DNA of 64,000 nt from an uncultured Bacteroidota bacterium (GTDB taxonomy: Bacteria; Bacteroidota; Bacteroidia; Chitinophagales; Chitinophagaceae). This document shows positions 60,673 through 64,000 of this stretch, in pieces. The position numbers were made by a program, and so were the translations under genes. Every line of letters begins with the position of its first letter. Position 1 is the stretch's first letter. Below the pieces are notes generated by a model. The model saw nothing but the letters and a program-made list of their open reading frames with translations, searched no databases and was not told the origin of the DNA. The stretch lies in NCBI GenBank assembly GCA_903927185.1, contig CAIYLW010000026.1, forward strand, positions 22,759 to 86,758, written 5' to 3'.

Positions 60673-61758
60673 TTATAGCTGAATATCTGTGATAATTGGG
60701 TAATGGTCTGATAAATGAAGATGTGGAGAACTGTATTGAATCGTTTTTATATTTGGGCTGGTAAATAAGACGTCGATTCTGAGTGTAGGAGATAGACTAT
60801 CGTACGTTCTTCCAAACCCCCATCCTTTTTCAAGGAAGGCATCGTGAAGACCATTACTAACATGATGATACACGAAACTTGATGGAACAGAATTCATGTC
60901 CGCAGTATAAATAAATGGAATAGTAGAACTATCTAATGATTTTTTAATTAGTTCGGCCTGTTTTAAATGTATCTTATCAAAATATGCAAGCCTCCTTAAT
61001 TTATCTCTTTTCATTAAAATTGCTTCGTCGTATTTAACAAATTTCAGGCGATTACTATTATTGTTGTCCTTTAATTCAATATGAATACCCATCGAAAGTA
61101 AATGAGTATTATAAACTCGCAATAATTTAGAAGGAGTTTGTATCTCAACCCATTGTAAAAATTCAGGCGAATTAATATTCGAAAAAGAAATATTATTTTT
61201 CTTTAAAAAAGGCCATCTTGAAAATATAATAACACCATTATTAGGATCTGCCTCACTAAAATAACTATACTTTAATCCTGTCAATAATTTAATGTTTTCT
61301 GTTGTTGCATTAGCATGTGGATAATAGGTAGAACAGTAATCTTGAAAACATATAATATCTGCATTTGCTGATTTAATATATTCAAGCATTTGGTTTATTT
61401 TTCCTGAGTTGGAAACACTTTGGGATAAAAAATTATTTACATTCCAAGATAATATGCGAATCTGATTTTGAGATTTTGCTTGAACAAATGCTTTACTTGG
61501 ATGAAGACCATAAACCGAAATAATATTTTTATATCCAGCAAAAAGTACCAGAAAAAAAATCCAGGCAAATTTTTTAAATAAAATAAGACTAAGGATACAC
61601 CAAATCAACATAATGATTAATCCTATTGGGAAAAATAAACTAGCAAAAGAAAAAAAATAGCCATAAAATGGGCTTATATAAGGAGTTAAACAAGTAAGCA
61701 AGTAGAGGATACTTCCAGTTATACCTAAGCTTAGAACTATTTTCTTGAATAGTTTCAT
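60673..61758 (-). CDS. EEP family protein with N-terminal TM segments (paralogue)
   Basis: SWNV, CFQD, NTHL, ADMNSVP, RIDV, SDHYP. Confidence 0.88.
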   Translation of the reverse strand: MKLFKKIVLSLGITGSILYLLTCLTPYISPFYGYFFSFASLFFPIGLIIMLIWCILSLILFKKFAWIFFLVLFAGYKNIISVYGLHPSKAFVQAKSQNQIRILSWNVNNFLSQSVSNSGKINQMLEYIKSANADIICFQDYCSTYYPHANATTENIKLLTGLKYSYFSEADPNNGVIIFSRWPFLKKNNISFSNINSPEFLQWVEIQTPSKLLRVYNTHLLSMGIHIELKDNNNSNRLKFVKYDEAILMKRDKLRRLAYFDKIHLKQAELIKKSLDSSTIPFIYTADMNSVPSSFVYHHVSNGLHDAFLEKGWGFGRTYDSLSPTLRIDVLFTSPNIKTIQYSSPHLHLSDHYPIITDIQL

Positions 61759-62681
61759 AAAAGATCTTCCTTACTAGCCCTTTTTAAAAATGACTTTTCC
61801 TCTTCAGTTAGAAACTGGTAGCCTTGTTGATTAATTTTATCAAGAAGGGCATCAATTCTAGTTTGTGTAATGTCAGAATTTTTTTGCTTGATGTTACCAA
61901 TTGACTTAGCAAATAAGTTATCTCTTGAATCTTTTTGTGGTCTTTTTTTATCAGGGCTAAATAAATCATTCAGCCAATCTATAAAGTGATTCATCCAGGC
62001 ACCCCAATCAGTTCCTCTTCTTAATTGTCGAATAAAAAGGAATCCAATAGCTCCACCTGTAAGATGGGAAGCTGCAATACCGGCATTATTTCCAGCCAAG
62101 GTTGCAAAATCGATGGCAACAAAAACTACCATTAAAACCCAAAGCGGAATTCCTCCGTTTATTAATGGGAAGATTCTATATTCAGGTGCCAAGGTAGTTG
62201 TAGCTACAGCAATTGCCATTACCGCGGCACCTGCACCTATTAAAGGACCAATAGTAGTTACATGATTTGCTAATGCAGGGAAAAGGTTTACTGTAATTAA
62301 GAAAACTATTCCTCCTACTATTCCTCCATATAAATAAATTGGAATTAATTTATTATTTCCAGTAAGGTCCTGAAGTATATATCCAAATGCCCACAACCAA
62401 AGTAAACTGCTAATTAGTCCCCAGATACTTTCGTGAGTAAACATGTAAGTAAATAGTACCCAGGGTTTGTTTAAAAAATTATCTGTTACAGCTGGTAATG
62501 TAAACCAATCGAATACTTGTTTATAGAAAAACTCAATTGGTATTTCAGATAGATAGTAGATGATCTTTATAAATGTGAGTAGAACAAATACTAATAGATT
62601 AATCGCAACCAAGTATACCAGCGCATTATTATCCTGTCCTAATAAAATGCCACGATTTGATTTTGTTGATTTTTCAAACAT
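61755..62681 (-). CDS. Rhomboid-family protein lacking the catalytic Ser, with C-terminal helical domain
   Basis: TYMFTH, GAGAAV in place of GxSG, ASHLTGG; IDALLDKINQQGYQFLTEEEK tail. Confidence 0.85.
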   Translation of the reverse strand: MFEKSTKSNRGILLGQDNNALVYLVAINLLVFVLLTFIKIIYYLSEIPIEFFYKQVFDWFTLPAVTDNFLNKPWVLFTYMFTHESIWGLISSLLWLWAFGYILQDLTGNNKLIPIYLYGGIVGGIVFLITVNLFPALANHVTTIGPLIGAGAAVMAIAVATTTLAPEYRIFPLINGGIPLWVLMVVFVAIDFATLAGNNAGIAASHLTGGAIGFLFIRQLRRGTDWGAWMNHFIDWLNDLFSPDKKRPQKDSRDNLFAKSIGNIKQKNSDITQTRIDALLDKINQQGYQFLTEEEKSFLKRASKEDLL

Positions 62682-62699
62682 AATGGTAACGGGATCTAA

Positions 62700-63539
62700 T
62701 TAATAAAAATGCTTCTTATTCTTTTTGTTCCATGTCATTACAATAATCAAACCTACAATTGCTCCTCCCACATGTGCCCACCGTGCAATATTATCACCAG
62801 CAGAATTGCGTATAGCAAAGAATAGTTCCCAAGCAAAATAGCCAATACCCAGCCACTTTGCTTTGATTGGAACTAAGAAATATAAATAGATATAAGTATT
62901 AGGAAATAAGTAAACAAAAGCTGCCAAAATACCAAATACAGCACCACTTGCGCCTATAGTAGCTGTATTTAAGTTCGCTTCATAGTAACTCGATACATAT
63001 TGAAATAAAGCATTAGTAGCTTCCAGGTTGTTTGGATTATTTGCCACCATACTCACTAATTCCGAGTTTTGTTCAAATGCATGAGGATGCTTCATTCCGA
63101 AATTGAAAAGAGCAGCAGTTTGTCCACTATTAGAAGCACGTTCCACCAAAACATTAGAATAATCTTTCATTAATGGAACTAACTCGTAGCTCAAAAAAAG
63201 CAAATGCATTAATGCAGCGCCAAGTCCACAGATAATGAAAAAAGTAAGAAATCGCTTTGGTCCCCAAAGGTTTTCCAGAACTGCGCCAAACATATATAAG
63301 GCTAACATATTTCCGAAAATATGTCCGAAATCGCCATGAAGAAACATATGGGTAATTAGTTGCCATGGCTTAAATAATGGACTTTGCCATGCATGCAGTG
63401 CAAAAACATTTTCAAATGAAAAGCTTGCACCTTGACCGCCCAAAGTATTTTGTGCTAGAAAAACTAGTCCGTTTATAATCAGTAGATTCTTTACAACGGT
63501 AGGTAATATTTCAAATCTACTGGGTCTGAATTCAGTCAT
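62700..63539 (-). CDS. Rhomboid-family intramembrane serine protease
   Basis: WQLITHMFLHG, HIFGNM, GASGAVFG (Ser), AHVGG (His). Confidence 0.92.
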   Translation of the reverse strand: MTEFRPSRFEILPTVVKNLLIINGLVFLAQNTLGGQGASFSFENVFALHAWQSPLFKPWQLITHMFLHGDFGHIFGNMLALYMFGAVLENLWGPKRFLTFFIICGLGAALMHLLFLSYELVPLMKDYSNVLVERASNSGQTAALFNFGMKHPHAFEQNSELVSMVANNPNNLEATNALFQYVSSYYEANLNTATIGASGAVFGILAAFVYLFPNTYIYLYFLVPIKAKWLGIGYFAWELFFAIRNSAGDNIARWAHVGGAIVGLIIVMTWNKKNKKHFY

Positions 63540-63999
63540 TTCTAAGTTTTAATTGAACCACATTTTCGATATGTAAGGTATGTGGAAACATATCAACAGG
63601 TTGTATTTTCTCCACAGAATATTTTTCATCTAATAAAGCTAAATCCCTTGCTTGTGTAGCAGGATTACAGCTTACATAAACAATGGTAGGAGCTGCAATT
63701 TCTAATAATTTCTTAATCAGTTTTTCGTGCATCCCTGCCCTCGGTGGATCGGTAATGATTACGTCGGGTTTCCCATGTTCTGCAAAGAACGCATCATCGC
63801 AGATATCTATTACATCTCCCGCAAAAAAACTGCACTGTTTTAAATTATTTAACGCGGCATTTTCTTTTGCATCTTCAATTGCTTCTGGTACTACTTCTAC
63901 ACCAATGAGTTTTTTTGCCTGCTGACTCACGAAAATGCCAATACTTCCAGTGCCACAATATAAATCATAAACAACTTGGCTACCATTTAGTTCTGCAAA
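63532..63999 (-). CDS. rlmD: 23S rRNA (uracil-5)-methyltransferase, 3' part; 5' end lies outside the window
   Basis: YDLYCGTGSIG (manual extension to the window edge), GVEVV, DPPRAG, YVSCNPAT, DMFPHTLHIE. Confidence 0.92.
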   Translation of the reverse strand, partial: FAELNGSQVVYDLYCGTGSIGIFVSQQAKKLIGVEVVPEAIEDAKENAALNNLKQCSFFAGDVIDICDDAFFAEHGKPDVIITDPPRAGMHEKLIKKLLEIAAPTIVYVSCNPATQARDLALLDEKYSVEKIQPVDMFPHTLHIENVVQLKLRND

Positions 64000-64000
64000 G

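Noticed and set aside
457-63925. Numerous 60-130 aa track ORFs antisense to or nested in large genes (e.g. 457-681, 11645-11974, 37491-37853, 49437-49763)
   Set aside because: Shadow ORFs of well-supported genes, with no motifs.

Overview
This is an AT-rich Bacteroidota chromosomal segment, most consistent with Chitinophagaceae. That assignment is inferred from gene families, TAnnTTTG-type promoters and the absence of Shine-Dalgarno motifs. About 62 CDS are present, almost all core or housekeeping. They include uvrD, nfuA, pnuC with a NadR-like kinase, mtgA, thiL, nagA, recX, dnaN, kdsB, a kdnB-like gene, gmk, lysS, an lpxD-like gene, cysS and a partial rlmD. There is also a complete divergent haem cluster (hemA-C-D-E-B-L / hemH-J-N), a sugar porter + GH32 cassette, a SCO-Fur / merC-like metal locus, and a rhomboid-rhomboid-EEP-EEP run. 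I saw no rRNA, tRNA, CRISPR array, transposase or prophage. The unusual signal lies in the intergenic DNA. (1) An unannotated 15-codon leader peptide, MYLSHFYTYSCCCCY, sits directly upstream of cysS and is a candidate cysteine-sensing attenuator. (2) A candidate ~75-nt sRNA or leader has its own promoter and terminator upstream of the pseudouridine synthase gene. (3) A TGACA-N6-TGAC direct repeat lies exactly 30 nt upstream of the -7 box of both divergent haem promoters, with two FNR-like boxes between them. (4) A perfect 7-1-7 Fur-family operator lies inside the merC-like promoter. (5) A cluster of REP-like palindromes lies between convergent genes. All product calls come from recognising motifs by eye; no database searches were run.
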